A stretch of DNA of 64,000 bases from Alphaproteobacteria bacterium (GCA_965214705.1 CBDCCI010000001.1:512001-576000), one strand, 5' to 3'. Shown: positions 10,758-21,997, counted from the first letter of the stretch. Numbers and translations: made by a program. Notes: generated from the sequence alone by a model not told the origin.

Positions 10758-11058
10758 CGCGATCTCTCCTGTGTGGCTCGTGGTCAAGGCGGAGAGTCAG
10801 CCCCGAAATCAGATCCGCTGGAAGTATGGGGGCCCGATACCGCTTACCATGATCCAGATGGCTTGGCGCTGGCTGAAGCTGCAACCGGAAAGCGCGATCA
10901 CGAAGTGGTTCCACGCCTACGTCGCCAGGGATGCCGGTGGCGGGAGGGACCGGCGAGCGAGGAAGCGGGCGATCGTGGGGGTCGCGCGCAAGCTGCTGAT
11001 CGCGCTGTGGCGCTATGCCACCCAAGGACTGGTGCCTGAGGGCGCCATCGTCTCCTGA

Positions 11059-11403
11059 GGGCACCGGCCGAACGAACGGGAAAATACAGGAGGTTCCGAC
11101 GTGGTCGGACGCGGCCGCGGAGGATGCCGGGCAAGGCGTGTGACCGGGCAAGAGTTGGGTCGCCGCTTGGCACCGTTCTACAGATGGGTCCCGCCTCCCG
11201 GAACGTCACCACCGCTTGGATGCGGTATTGGGGTCACGGAGCCGGCAAGCGCCGGAGTTCCGAACCGGATAAGAGCTGAGCAGCGTGGCGGATCGCTGCG
11301 TGGAAACGACGTTCTGCCTGGACATCGGCCGCGGATTCGAGTGGAGAGATTGCGAATGCCATTGACGTAGATGAAGCCGGGCCTTGCGGAGAGAGCTCAT
11401 AAG
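11059..11403 (+). ncRNA. Putative IS110/IS1111-type bridge (seek) RNA region
   Basis: 345-bp non-coding 3' end with short segments matching the insertion target and the circle junction. RNA boundaries unknown. Confidence 0.55.
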
Positions 11404-12718
11404 AACTCCTGCCGCAACCGCCACTGCCCCACCTGCCAGGGTCTCGCCGCCAACCTCTGGAGCGAGGAGCGCGCCGGGGACATCCTGCCGGTGCCCTACT
11501 TCCATGTGGTCTTCACCCTGCCCAAGGAGGTTGCCGCCATTGCCTTCTGCAACCGCAGGGTGGTGTTCGACATCCTCTTCCGGGCCGTCGCCGAGACCCT
11601 GCGCACCATCGCCGCCGATCCCCGCCACGGCGGCATGCGCATCGGCGGCACCGCGGTCCTCCATACCTGGGATCAGAAGCTCCGCTTCCACCCGCACCTG
11701 CACGTGGTCGTGCCCAACGCGGGCTTCGACGTAGACAGTGGCGAGTGGAAGACGGGGAGCACCACCTTCCTCGCCCCCGTCAAGGTCCTCGGCAGCCTGT
11801 TCCGCCGCCTCTTCCTCGAGGAGCTCGCCCGCGCCCACGGCCGGGGGGACCTGGAGTTCCACGGCACCCTCGCCCACCTCGCCAATCCCGGCGAGTTCCA
11901 CGCCACGCTTGCCGCCGCCCGGGCCAGGGACTGGGTGGTCTACGCCAAGCGGCCCTTCCGCGGGCCTGAGCAGGTCTTCCGGTACCTCTCGCACTACACG
12001 CACAGGATCGCCATCTCCGACAGCCGCATCGTCTCCTTCGACGGCGAGACGGTCTCCTTCCGCCACCGAAAGCCCAAGGCGCCGGGGCAGAGAAAGCCGC
12101 GCTACGGCATCGCCACCGTGAGCGCCGACGAGTTCATCCGCCGCTTCCTGAGGCACGTCCTGCCGGACGGCATGCACCGCATTCGCTACTTCGGCATCCT
12201 CGCCAACGGCTGCCGCGCCAGCACGCTGGAGAGAGCACGCCAGGCTCTCGGCGCCCTCGGCTGCGCCGCCCCCGAGGGAAGCGTGGACGGCGCTCGGGCC
12301 GAGCCCGACGAAGAGCCCGAGATCGGCACCGCGCCCGTGGCCTGCCCCCACTGTGGCGGCGTCATGCGCCTCGTCCGCGAAATCCGCCGCCGCCATGAGC
12401 CCCGCTCGACGCGCGGCCCGCCGGCGCTGCCGCCGACCCACAGGGGGAAACCGTGAGACGCCCGCTCGCTTCGGCCCCGCGCAACGGCGCCAAAGCGCCG
12501 ACGCACGACCGAACCTGTCTCCGCTTGAGCCGGGCTGACAGCCCTCGGCTCACACCCCGCTCAGTCCTCGCAGCGTGCGCCCGCATGCCTGCCGAAAGAC
12601 CGGCGCGAGCGTCGATTTTATGCGCAACTCTGCTGCCGGTGGATGCCGCCTGACGCTGACATCAGCGCACTTTCCACATAGCTCAACTTCGCCTCTCGTG
12701 GCCCGCGGCTTCGTTCAA

Positions 12719-12760
12719 AAGGGTTGGGCAGGCTCTCGAGAGAGAGCCTGCCCAACCCTT
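12719..12760. other. 19-bp perfect hairpin with GAGA loop at the end of the IS91-like element
   Basis: Direct inspection. Confidence 0.8.
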
Positions 12761-12764
12761 AACC

Positions 12765-13312
12765 TTGCAGTCTACGCAGATGCCCTGCGCGCGCCTCGCG
12801 ACATAGCGGCTCTTCCCGGCGGCGCTCTTTTGCTCGGCAGAGATACGCTCCTTCTCCAGCGCGAGGCACCGGCCGCAGCGCGACAGGCCTCCGACCGTGG
12901 GCTGGTTGCAGCGTACGCAGCGGCCGGCGGCCTTTCGCGCAGCATAGCGCCGACGGTCGATTGCGCGCCTGGCCTCGCGGCATGGCTCGCAGACGGAGCG
13001 GTTGTCTTCCGGCCGGCGGCGGCCGCAGGATGTACACAGCCCTGCCTCCCTCCAGGCTCTCCTGCGCCGCCTGTCGGCGGCGCGGTCGGCGCGGCGGCAC
13101 TGTTTCGGATCGCGGCCATAATGGTTGCCCTCGGCGCGGGCCTTCGCCCGGCGGGCGCGCTCGGCGGCGCGGCGCTTCTCTCCGCAGCGCCGGCACAACT
13201 TGAGGCCGGGCTCCGGTGGCAACTGGCCGCACCGGGTGCATTTCCCGCTGGCGAGGCGCGCGGCGTGCTGCCGGCGCTGACGCTCGCGCGCCCGCGCGTC
13301 GCTGCTGGACAT
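12765..13312 (-). pseudogene. 5' part of the Cys-rich protein with repeated CxxC-x10-CxxC modules
   Basis: GKCTRC..LCRRC, GLCTSC..VCEPC, GRCVRC..RCGRC, GICVDC; GAGG RBS before ATG 13312. Confidence 0.8.
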
Positions 13313-13939
13313 GACAACCTCGAAGTCGTGGGTGTAGCAATGTGTCGGGAGAGCGGCCGGTGGCGCCTGCGGCGACACTCCCGGCCAGGCCGCCGGTCAG
13401 CAGCGCCACTTGCCGCGCAGTACGATGCCGGCGGCCGTAGACCCGAAGAGCTGGATGCCGGCGTCCCGGTTGACACTGGTGGCAATGATGATCTCATCTC
13501 GGGCCGGGCGGAGATTGCGCACGGTCCGGAGGGACAGGATGCGGCGCTTTTGACCGCGTCCGCCGTTCGCCTTGCCGTCGTCGACGGGCCTGATCTCTCC
13601 GTCGTATGCACTGCGGAACCTCTCGACCACGAACTCGCGGTCGCCCCCGTCGAGGCCGCCCCCGAACAGGTGTGTGAGATAGGTGTCGGCGCGTCGCCAG
13701 CTGGGCCTTGCCGCTGTTTGCATCGCCCGGCCTCCTCCGGTCTGTTGACAGGATCGGCGGCCGCGCGGCCCTCGCCGGAACGCCCGTCCGCCGCCCCGGT
13801 CCAGGCCGACCTCTGCCTCTTCGTGTCGTGGAGGCATGTGCATGGCGCTGCGGCGGGAACGGGCCCTGCAGGACGATCGGGATTTGACCCCTGCCCCGGC
13901 CGGCCCGGCGTGATCGCGCACCACGGAGGGCGGTTGGCC

Positions 13940-14240
13940 ATGGCGATCGTGAAGCGCGGCCGTCTGGCGCAGGCGGCACGCAAGGCGGCGGGACTGACGC
14001 GCCGCGCGGTGCGGGATCTGGCGGGCTCGCTGTTCGAGGCGATGGTGGCGCGCCTCGTAGCCGGCGAGAGGGTGAAGATCTACGGCTTCGACAGCTTCCT
14101 GATGCGCGACATGGCGGCGCGGCCCGGCCGCAATCCCTGCACCCTGGAGGCGGAGCCGATTGCGGCGCGCCTCGTGGTCGTGTTCAAGTCGTCCGGGCCG
14201 CTGAAGAAGCGGGCCGCCAAAGGCCTGCCTGGCGGCGGGA
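13940..14240 (+). pseudogene. Degenerate IHF-alpha/HU-like DNA-binding protein
   Basis: LVAGERVKIYGFDSFLMRDMAARPGRNPCTLEAEPIAARLVVVFKSSGPLK. Several consensus residues are altered and there is no stop until 14494, overlapping LysR. End is approximate. Confidence 0.7.
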
Positions 14241-14307
14241 ACTGCTGCAGGGATCAAGGGCGGGCACTGTCATCGCGCGCTCGCCCGCGTTCCCGCCGGC
14301 GACGGTC

Positions 14308-15258
14308 TCACGGCTCGTCCCAGCCGCCCGCCCGATGCTTCGAGGCCCCGGCAAAGAAGGCCAGGCACGCCCGTGCTTCCGGTTTCTCCTGCCCCTTCGC
14401 CGTGAGCACGGCATGGAAGAGCCTGCCGGTCTCGACGAAGCCGCCGCCCTGCATGACCAGCGTACCGGCCTCCACGTGCCGTCCGATCAGATGACGACAG
14501 CCGAGCACGAGGCCGCAGCCGGCAGCGCCCTGTTCCAGCGCATGGGCGTGGCTGCCCACGACTTCGTACCGGGGCGCGAAGAGCGGACTGCCTGCGGCCT
14601 CGAACCAGCGTTCCCACGACGCCCGGCCCTCGTCGTTATCTGCTAGGGCGAGAAACGTCAGCCCACCCCAGCCCGCGACGGGCCCGCTCAGAACCTCGGC
14701 ATGAGCGGCGGCGTAGTCCGGCGAGCAAAAGGCGCCGACCGCCTCTGCGGCAATCACGGCACGATGCCGGGGCGCGGCACCCTCCGCATCCCAACTCAGG
14801 AGTACGTCGGCGGCAGGTTCGGAAGGCAAGGACGCGTGAGCGCCGGCACGGACCAGGATGCGGACCCGGACCTCCTCCCCGAGCGCTGCCCTGAGCGCGT
14901 CGTACCGCTGCATCGCGAAGAGGTGGGACAGCTCGTCCGGGCAGGCGAGCGTCACCTCCGGCGGTCCGGTACCCGAGAGGGCCGCGACCCGGTCGGCACC
15001 GTCCCGGAGAGCCCCGAGCCCGATGAGCACGGCCTCGCGATAGCAGCGCCCCGCTTCGGTCAGGCTCACCCCCCAGCGGCTACGCTCAAAGAGCTGTGTC
15101 GAGAGGTGCTTCTCCAGCCTCGCGATCTGACGGCTGACCGCGGGCTGCGAGGTGCGCAACTCCTCCGCAGCCCGGGAGATGCTGCCGTGCCGGGCAGCGC
15201 TCTCGAAGGCGATCAGGGCGCTGGCGGGCGGAATCGGGTAGGGGCTGCGATCGATCAT
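14308..15258 (-). CDS. LysR-family transcriptional regulator (GcvA-like)
   Basis: ALIAFESAARHGSISRAAEELRTSQPAVSRQIARLEKHL..LFERS...LTEAG. Confidence 0.93.
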   Translation of the reverse strand: MIDRSPYPIPPASALIAFESAARHGSISRAAEELRTSQPAVSRQIARLEKHLSTQLFERSRWGVSLTEAGRCYREAVLIGLGALRDGADRVAALSGTGPPEVTLACPDELSHLFAMQRYDALRAALGEEVRVRILVRAGAHASLPSEPAADVLLSWDAEGAAPRHRAVIAAEAVGAFCSPDYAAAHAEVLSGPVAGWGGLTFLALADNDEGRASWERWFEAAGSPLFAPRYEVVGSHAHALEQGAAGCGLVLGCRHLIGRHVEAGTLVMQGGGFVETGRLFHAVLTAKGQEKPEARACLAFFAGASKHRAGGWDEP

Positions 15259-15423
15259 GGTCCCTGCGCCGCGTTTACGTCCCATGAACCCGCTCCGGCG
15301 ACGCATCGGGCAGCGACGCCCATCCGATGGCCGTGCGACCCTCTCCGACGGGCGTTGGCGCCCGCCCGCCCGGCCCCCGTCGGATGCCGGACGGTCCGCA
15401 CGCCGCCATCGCCCCTCCAGGCC

Positions 15424-15870
15424 TCACTCCGCCGGCCTCCGCGTCGCGTGCGTTGTCAGCGTCACCACGTTGCGGCCGTCCTCCCGCCGGTACGCCACCG
15501 TGTCCATCGTCCTGCGAACGAGAAAGATGCCAAGGCCGCCCCTGGCGCGCTTCTCGGCCGGAGCGGACATGTCCGGCTCCGGCGCCTGCAGCGGATCGAA
15601 CGCCTTGCCGTCGTCCGCGATCTCCACGGTGAGGGTGTCGCCCTCGAGGCGGAGGGCGATATCGATCCGGTGCTCCCCGTCGTCGTCGTAGCCGTAGCCG
15701 ATCGCGTTGGTCACCAGCTCGTCGACCGCGAGCGTGACGTCGAAGGAGATCCCGCTCGCCAGTTCGTGCGCCGTGCAAAACGCATCGATCCTGGCGGCAG
15801 CGCTGCTGATGCCACGCAGATCGTTGGTAACCGAAATCTCCAGGGTGCCGCCGCTCACCGGCTCGCTCAT
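15424..15870 (-). CDS. RsbW-like anti-sigma factor / HATPase Ser kinase
   Basis: LAVDELVTNAIGYGY, IADDGKAFDPL, GGLGIFLVR. Confidence 0.9.
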   Translation of the reverse strand: MSEPVSGGTLEISVTNDLRGISSAAARIDAFCTAHELASGISFDVTLAVDELVTNAIGYGYDDDGEHRIDIALRLEGDTLTVEIADDGKAFDPLQAPEPDMSAPAEKRARGGLGIFLVRRTMDTVAYRREDGRNVVTLTTHATRRPAE

Positions 15871-15938
15871 GCCATGACCGCGCCGCCGGCGGCCGCAGGC
15901 GGAGCACGCGGCAGCCGGCGATCCGACCCGCGCGTCCA

Positions 15939-16217
15939 CTACGGCTTGGCCAGCTCGACGATGATCCGGCCTCGTCCGCGCCGGATCAGGTAGCCGCCGC
16001 GCGGGAGCGAGAGCGTGCCCTGCTGCACCAGCGGCCAGAGGGTATCCACGATCAGGGTGGCGTTCCGGTCCGGCGCGGCCCCCGCCGCCCGCTGCGACGC
16101 CAGCCACTCGACGAAGGTCCGGTCCGCGATCTCGTCGCCCAGCGATTTCCTGAGTGCCCGGAGCTTCCTCAACTGCCCTTTGGCCAAGGCGGCTTCGTCG
16201 ATCTCGATCGCGGCCAT
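15939..16217 (-). CDS. Small hypothetical protein
   Basis: Protein-like ORF (LRKLRALRKSLGDEIA...GGYLIRRGRGRIIVE), co-oriented with its neighbours, RBS-like AAGGA. Confidence 0.65.
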   Translation of the reverse strand: MAAIEIDEAALAKGQLRKLRALRKSLGDEIADRTFVEWLASQRAAGAAPDRNATLIVDTLWPLVQQGTLSLPRGGYLIRRGRGRIIVELAKP

Positions 16218-16337
16218 CGGACGGTCCTTTCGACGGTTGAAGGTTCCGCACGACCTATACCACCATCCGTTGCGCGGCGCTGCCGCAACGGCCATCGGGG
16301 CGGCACGTTCGGTGCGGCTTCAGATCATCGGCAATCG

Positions 16338-16386
16338 CGGGCGAGGGCCGGCTGCGCACGGGCGAGGGCCGGCTGCGCACGGGCGA
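16338..16386. repeat. 21-bp tandem repeat (2.3 copies)
   Basis: CGGGCGAGGGCCGGCTGCGCA x2 plus CGGGCGA. Confidence 0.85.
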
Positions 16387-16520
16387 TCGCCGGCCTTGCC
16401 GTCGACACGCTGAGCGCCGTGCCCGGCTACCTTGGAACAGGACGACGCCCCTGGCCAGGCCCGGCGCGGGTTTGCACGCTGCCTGGACGCCCTGGCGGGC
16501 CGGGCCGCGGCGCCGGTGTC

Positions 16521-17822
<1,302 letters not shown>

Positions 17823-18052
17823 TCAGGCGTGGCGAAGACCGGCGGAGAGAGCAGCATCGCGATATGGGAGGGTGTGCCGGCGGTACGTACCTGGGGGCGA
17901 TGTTCGGCCGGGAGCCTCGAGACCACGGGCGGCGGCCCGGGACATCGGCATCAGCGCCGTCACCGCTGGCGGGTGGCGCTTCGCGCGGTGGACGCCCGGC
18001 CGGTGCTACCGCCCGCCGTCATGGGTCCGCTGCCGGAGCAATCGCTTGACGG

Positions 18053-18388
18053 CTATACGAGCTTGATGAGCGCGACGATAAGGGCCACCGCGCCCACCAT
18101 CATCGCACCCAGACGAATGGTCATGCGCTGCTCGAGCTCGCGCATCTCGCCCCGCAGTGCTGTCTCGGTCTTCTCCAGGTCGGCCCTGAGCGACGCCTCG
18201 GTCTTCTCAAGGTCGGCCCTGAGCGACGCCTCGGTCTTCTCAAGGTCGGCCTTGGTGGCCAGGGTCTCGCCCATGCCTTCGGCGAAGGTATCGACGAGAA
18301 TCGCGGCCTGCTTCTCGTCGAAGCCGCCTTCGTCGCGCAGCTTGCGCGCCGCCCTGAGCGTGTCGAACGCCACCATCATGACGCTCAT
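18053..18388 (-). CDS. DUF1640-like coiled-coil membrane-anchored protein with an internal 33-bp repeat
   Basis: AFDTLRAARKL..GGFDEKQA, LATKADL, (EKTEASLRADL)n, C-terminal hydrophobic helix. Confidence 0.8.
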   Translation of the reverse strand: MSVMMVAFDTLRAARKLRDEGGFDEKQAAILVDTFAEGMGETLATKADLEKTEASLRADLEKTEASLRADLEKTETALRGEMRELEQRMTIRLGAMMVGAVALIVALIKLV

Positions 18389-18841
18389 CCTATCGCCGTC
18401 GCCGGCGGACGCAACCGCACGCACGCCACCATGCGCGCAGCGCACGTCGTCGCTCCGGCGCCGGTGTCTTGATTCCGGTTTCGGGGGCGCCGCCGGCGCG
18501 CTCGCGCAGCGCTTCGGCCCGAGTCGCTACGGGTCGCGTAATGGTTCGGTAATGCCGTGGAGGGGCCGGGTTCAGCGATTGAGGGCCCGTTTCCAGTCTT
18601 TTCGCAGCGGCCTGAGCCAGATGTCCTTCCTGGGCTTGTCGTAGAGCTTGTGCCGGTCGTAGCGCCCACGCCCCTGGGTGTTTCCGACGCGGATCCAGCC
18701 GGATGCCTTGTAGACGGCGCCGGTGTAGCGCGGGGTCTGGACGAAGGTCTCGATGAGGCGGCGTCGGGCTCGCCGCCGCCGCGCTGAGCGCCCCCGCGCG
18801 GGGGCTGGTAACGGTTTTTCGGATGCGATATCGTCGAGCGC

Positions 18842-21079
18842 ATGGCGATTCGCGACGAGGATTTCAGCGCGGACCTGGCGCTGGTCGAGGGCGACGATGG
18901 AAACTGGTCGCCGCCCGCCGCAACCCCGTCGAGCGCGCCGCGCAACTGGAAATCTCTGTACGAGCGGGAGCTGAAGCGCGCGAAGGCGGCCGAGGCACGA
19001 GTGCAGGAGCTGCTCGACGATGTTCGTCGGCTGCGTCGTGCGCTGGGGAGACCGGAGGCTGGCACTGGCAGGCCCAAGTCGCCTCCGCCGGCTGGCCAGG
19101 CTGGCGCTGGCGGGCCAAAGTCCGCGTCACCGGCTCGCGGCAGGCGTCACCACGCTCCGGCCTCAGCGAAGAGCCAGCAGGCGATCGAGTCTCTGCGCGC
19201 GGAGCGTGGTGAGCTGCGCAAAGAGGTTACTGGGCTGCGCAGAGAGGTCAGCCGTCTGACCCGGAAGCTGGACCAGGAGAGGCAGCGCACGGAGGACCTC
19301 AAGGCGACCGGTAGAAAGCTGTCCGGCGAGGTCATTGAGCTTCACGCGGAGCTGAGGCACCGGCGCGATCAGGCGGACAGAGTTATCTCGCTGACCGACG
19401 AGGTCTTCTGGTTGCGCCATTCGGTGAAGGGTGCCGACGCGAGGGAAGAGACGTTGAAGGCCCGGGTGGCCAGGGTCTTGCGGATATCGAAAGCCCACAG
19501 GGAAGCTTTGTCCGGCGCCGACGCCGATCTGCGCAAGGCCCTGCGGAGATCGAGGCGCCAGAAGGCCACGATCAAGTCGTTGACCCGGAAGAACGTCCGG
19601 CTGCGCAAGGCCGCGAAGACGTCGCAGGCCCGGATCGCGGCGCTGGAGGCGCGGGTTTCCAAGCTTCGCGCGACCGGAGCGGCGCTATCCAGGACGCTGT
19701 TTGGCAGGAAGAGCGAGAAGCAGAAGAAGCCGTCCACTGGGCGCACGCGCGGCCAGCAGCGCGGCGCACCCGGCCATGGCCGCACCCAGCGGCCCGGGCT
19801 CGAGGAGCGGAAAGAAGAGAAGACCCCGCCGGAGGACGCGCTCATCTGTTCCTGTTGCGGCAAGCCCTACGCGCCGAACGGCACGGAAGAGAGCGCCATC
19901 TTCGAGATCGAGGTCAAGGCCCACAAGCGCAGGATCGTCCGTCCCCGCTGGCGCCGGGCCTGCGAGTGCGCGTCCTCGCCCCAGGAGGTGATCGCGCCTC
20001 CGGTGCCGCGCCTGTTCGACAGGACGCCCTACGGGATCAGCGTCTGGTCGCAGTATCTATACGAGCGCTACGCCTGCTTCCGCCCGCTCAAGCGGGTCGC
20101 GGCATGGATGTCCGATATGGGCCTTTCGATCTCGCCGGGGACGCTGGGCAGCAGCGTCAAGCCCTTCGTGCCGCTGTTCAAGCCGGTGGCGGAAGCGATC
20201 CTCGATCACCAGAACAAGGCGGCGGTGCGCCACGGCGACGAGACCGGCTGGCGCATCCGTTCGCTACGCGAGACGGGCGGCTCCGCCCGCTCCTGGCTGT
20301 GGACCTCGGTGACCGAAGACGCGGCCTTCTTCCATAGCGATCCCTCGCGTTCCGCAGAGGTCGCGATGAAGTTGTTCGGCGACACCGCCGGCAGCACGAT
20401 CCTGGTGTGCGACCGCCTGTCCGCCTACAAGAAGTTGGCACGCGATCTCGCCGGCAAGATGATCCTGCAGTGGTGTTGGGCGCATCAACGCCGGACATTC
20501 ATCGACTGCGCGGCCGGCCAGGTGCGGCTGACGGAGTGGTGCCAGGGATGGATCGAGCGGATCGCGGAGATCTACCGCTTGAACGATGAGCGGCTGAAGC
20601 ACTACGACCCCGGCTGCGCGCGCCGGACGCCGGAGTTCGACGCCGCACAGGGCGCGCTGAAGGAGGGGCTCGACGCCTTGTTCTCCGAGGCTGAACGGCA
20701 GCTGTCCGACCTGCCGGCCGGGGCACGCGAGGGCAAGGCGCTGCGCTCGCTGCTGAACCACCGCAAGGGATTGCGCGTCTTCGTCGACCACCCACCGGTC
20801 CCGATGGACAACAATTTTGCCGAGCGCGTGCTGAGGGCGCCGGTGATCGGAAGACGCCTCAGCTTCGGCTCCGACAGCGAGCGCGGTGCCGAGTTCACGG
20901 CGATGATGTACACGGTCGTGTGCACCCTCAAGATGAACGACATCGACATCCTGCGCTGGCTTCGGGCATGGCTGGAGGCGTGCGCGGAGAATGGCGGCCA
21001 ACCGCCGGAAGACCTCAAGCCGTGGCTGCCGTGGTCGATGAGCGAGAAGCGCAGGCGCGAGTTCCTGGTGCCGGGGTGA
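18842..21079 (+). CDS. IS66-family transposase with a long N-terminal coiled coil
   Basis: LFGRKSEK, CSCCGKPY, HGDETGW, VCDRLSAY, CWAHQRR, MDNNFAERVLR. Confidence 0.92.
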   Translation: MAIRDEDFSADLALVEGDDGNWSPPAATPSSAPRNWKSLYERELKRAKAAEARVQELLDDVRRLRRALGRPEAGTGRPKSPPPAGQAGAGGPKSASPARGRRHHAPASAKSQQAIESLRAERGELRKEVTGLRREVSRLTRKLDQERQRTEDLKATGRKLSGEVIELHAELRHRRDQADRVISLTDEVFWLRHSVKGADAREETLKARVARVLRISKAHREALSGADADLRKALRRSRRQKATIKSLTRKNVRLRKAAKTSQARIAALEARVSKLRATGAALSRTLFGRKSEKQKKPSTGRTRGQQRGAPGHGRTQRPGLEERKEEKTPPEDALICSCCGKPYAPNGTEESAIFEIEVKAHKRRIVRPRWRRACECASSPQEVIAPPVPRLFDRTPYGISVWSQYLYERYACFRPLKRVAAWMSDMGLSISPGTLGSSVKPFVPLFKPVAEAILDHQNKAAVRHGDETGWRIRSLRETGGSARSWLWTSVTEDAAFFHSDPSRSAEVAMKLFGDTAGSTILVCDRLSAYKKLARDLAGKMILQWCWAHQRRTFIDCAAGQVRLTEWCQGWIERIAEIYRLNDERLKHYDPGCARRTPEFDAAQGALKEGLDALFSEAERQLSDLPAGAREGKALRSLLNHRKGLRVFVDHPPVPMDNNFAERVLRAPVIGRRLSFGSDSERGAEFTAMMYTVVCTLKMNDIDILRWLRAWLEACAENGGQPPEDLKPWLPWSMSEKRRREFLVPG

Positions 21080-21957
21080 GCGGCACCGTGGAGTGCCGCT
21101 ATTACGGGCGAGACTTCAGCGCTGAAGAGATGGCGCTGCTGCGCGCGCTGATCGCCGGACCCCCGCCGCTCAGCCGCCATGCGTTGTCCAGGGAGTTCTG
21201 CCGGCGCATCGGCTGGCTCAAGCCCGACGGAGGCCTGAAGGACATGATGGCCCGCGTCACCATGCTGGCCATGCACAAGGATGGTCTGATCACCCTGCCG
21301 CCGCCGAGGTGGCAACCGGGTCCGCCAAAGCCGATCGTCTTCGGGCCCGACACCGAGCCGCCGCTCTTCCCCGCCCCGACGGCGCTGGACGAGGTCCGCC
21401 CGCTCAACATGCGCACCGTCGTGCGCGGAACCCGAGAGGGCAAGCTCTGGAACGAGTTCGTCGCCCGCTACCACTACCTCGGTTACAAGACCCTGGTCGG
21501 CGCCCAGATGCGCTACGCCGTCCACGACCGGAACGGCTGGCCGCTCGCCATGCTCGGCTTCTCAACCGCCGCCTGGAAGCTGGCGCCGCGCGATGCCTTC
21601 GTCGGCTGGACCCCTGAGATGCGCGAGAAGAACCTGCCGCTGGTGGTCGACAATCCCAGGTTCCTGATCCTGCCCTGGATCAAGATCCCCAACCTGGGCT
21701 CGCACATCCTCGCCATCGTCCGCCGCCGTCTGCCCATCGACTGGGCCGAGCGCTACAACACCGCGCCCGTACTCATCGAGACCTTCGTCCAGACCCCGCG
21801 CTACACCGGCGCCGTCTACAAGGCATCCGGCTGGATCCGCGTCGGAAACACCCAGGGGCGTGGGCGCTACGACCGGCACAAGCTCTACGACAAGCCCAGG
21901 AAGGACATCTGGCTCAGGCCGCTGCGAAAAGACTGGAAACGGGCCCTCAATCGCTGA
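21076..21957 (+). CDS. DUF4338 / Druantia DruA-like protein
   Basis: YYGRDF, LSREFCRRIGW, WNEFVARYHYLGY..LVGAQMRY, RDAFVGW, NPRFLILPW..PNLGSHIL, ETFV..RYTGAVYKASGW..G.TQGRG. GTGA overlap with the transposase stop. Confidence 0.88.
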   Translation: MSGTVECRYYGRDFSAEEMALLRALIAGPPPLSRHALSREFCRRIGWLKPDGGLKDMMARVTMLAMHKDGLITLPPPRWQPGPPKPIVFGPDTEPPLFPAPTALDEVRPLNMRTVVRGTREGKLWNEFVARYHYLGYKTLVGAQMRYAVHDRNGWPLAMLGFSTAAWKLAPRDAFVGWTPEMREKNLPLVVDNPRFLILPWIKIPNLGSHILAIVRRRLPIDWAERYNTAPVLIETFVQTPRYTGAVYKASGWIRVGNTQGRGRYDRHKLYDKPRKDIWLRPLRKDWKRALNR

Positions 21958-21997
21958 ACCCGGCCCCTCCACGGCATTACCGAACCATTACCGGGTC

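Larger units (their letters stand above)
8096..10847 (-). mobile_element. IS66-family element (2,752 bp), 8-bp TSD CATGATCC
   Basis: Ends GTAAGCGGTA...TACCGCTTAC; TSD at 8088-8095 and 10848-10855. Confidence 0.97.
7102..11058 (+). pseudogene. IS110 DEDD recombinase interrupted by IS66
   Basis: YVAVEISLKSW, TYEAGYEGFWL, KTDRIDA, SWAGL...ASG...GISKAG. The C-terminus MIQMAWRW...AIVGVARKLLIALWRY resumes after 10847. Confidence 0.92.
6994..11403 (+). mobile_element. IS110-family element (about 1,650 bp net, long 3' non-coding end, no TSD)
   Basis: Boundaries fixed by comparison with the empty site in the intact IS91 copy (CTCTTC|AACTCC); 1-bp ambiguity. Confidence 0.9.
6805..12456 (+). pseudogene. 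IS91-family transposase interrupted by IS110
   Basis: ...EHPLF ends at 6993 and NSCRNRHCP resumes at 11404. Confidence 0.93.
5689..12764 (+). mobile_element. Integrase-associated IS91-family element, second copy, with nested IS110 and IS66
   Basis: Same ends as 1217-3882; 7,076 bp minus the 4,410-bp insert gives 2,666 bp. Inserted at CC|TTG. Confidence 0.92.
18538..21991 (+). mobile_element. IS66-like TnpC + DUF4338 element with 220-bp perfect TIRs, TSD CGGGTCGC
   Basis: GTAA...TTAC ends; 18538-18757 is the reverse complement of 21772-21991; TSD at 18530-18537 and 21992-21999. Confidence 0.93.

Noticed and set aside
12575-14494. 639-aa ORF
   Set aside because: Shadow frame across an IS end and the antisense of the Zn-ribbon gene; only 13940 onward resembles IHF.
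21076-21957. Druantia defence system
   Set aside because: Only the DruA-like domain is present, inside an IS; no DruE helicase or other dru genes.
18538-21991. Long repeats of a gene 3' end plus an RT in the window, read as a diversity-generating retroelement
   Set aside because: The repeats are inverted and identical, with no adenine-specific mismatches, and the RT is a group II intron maturase with D5/D6.
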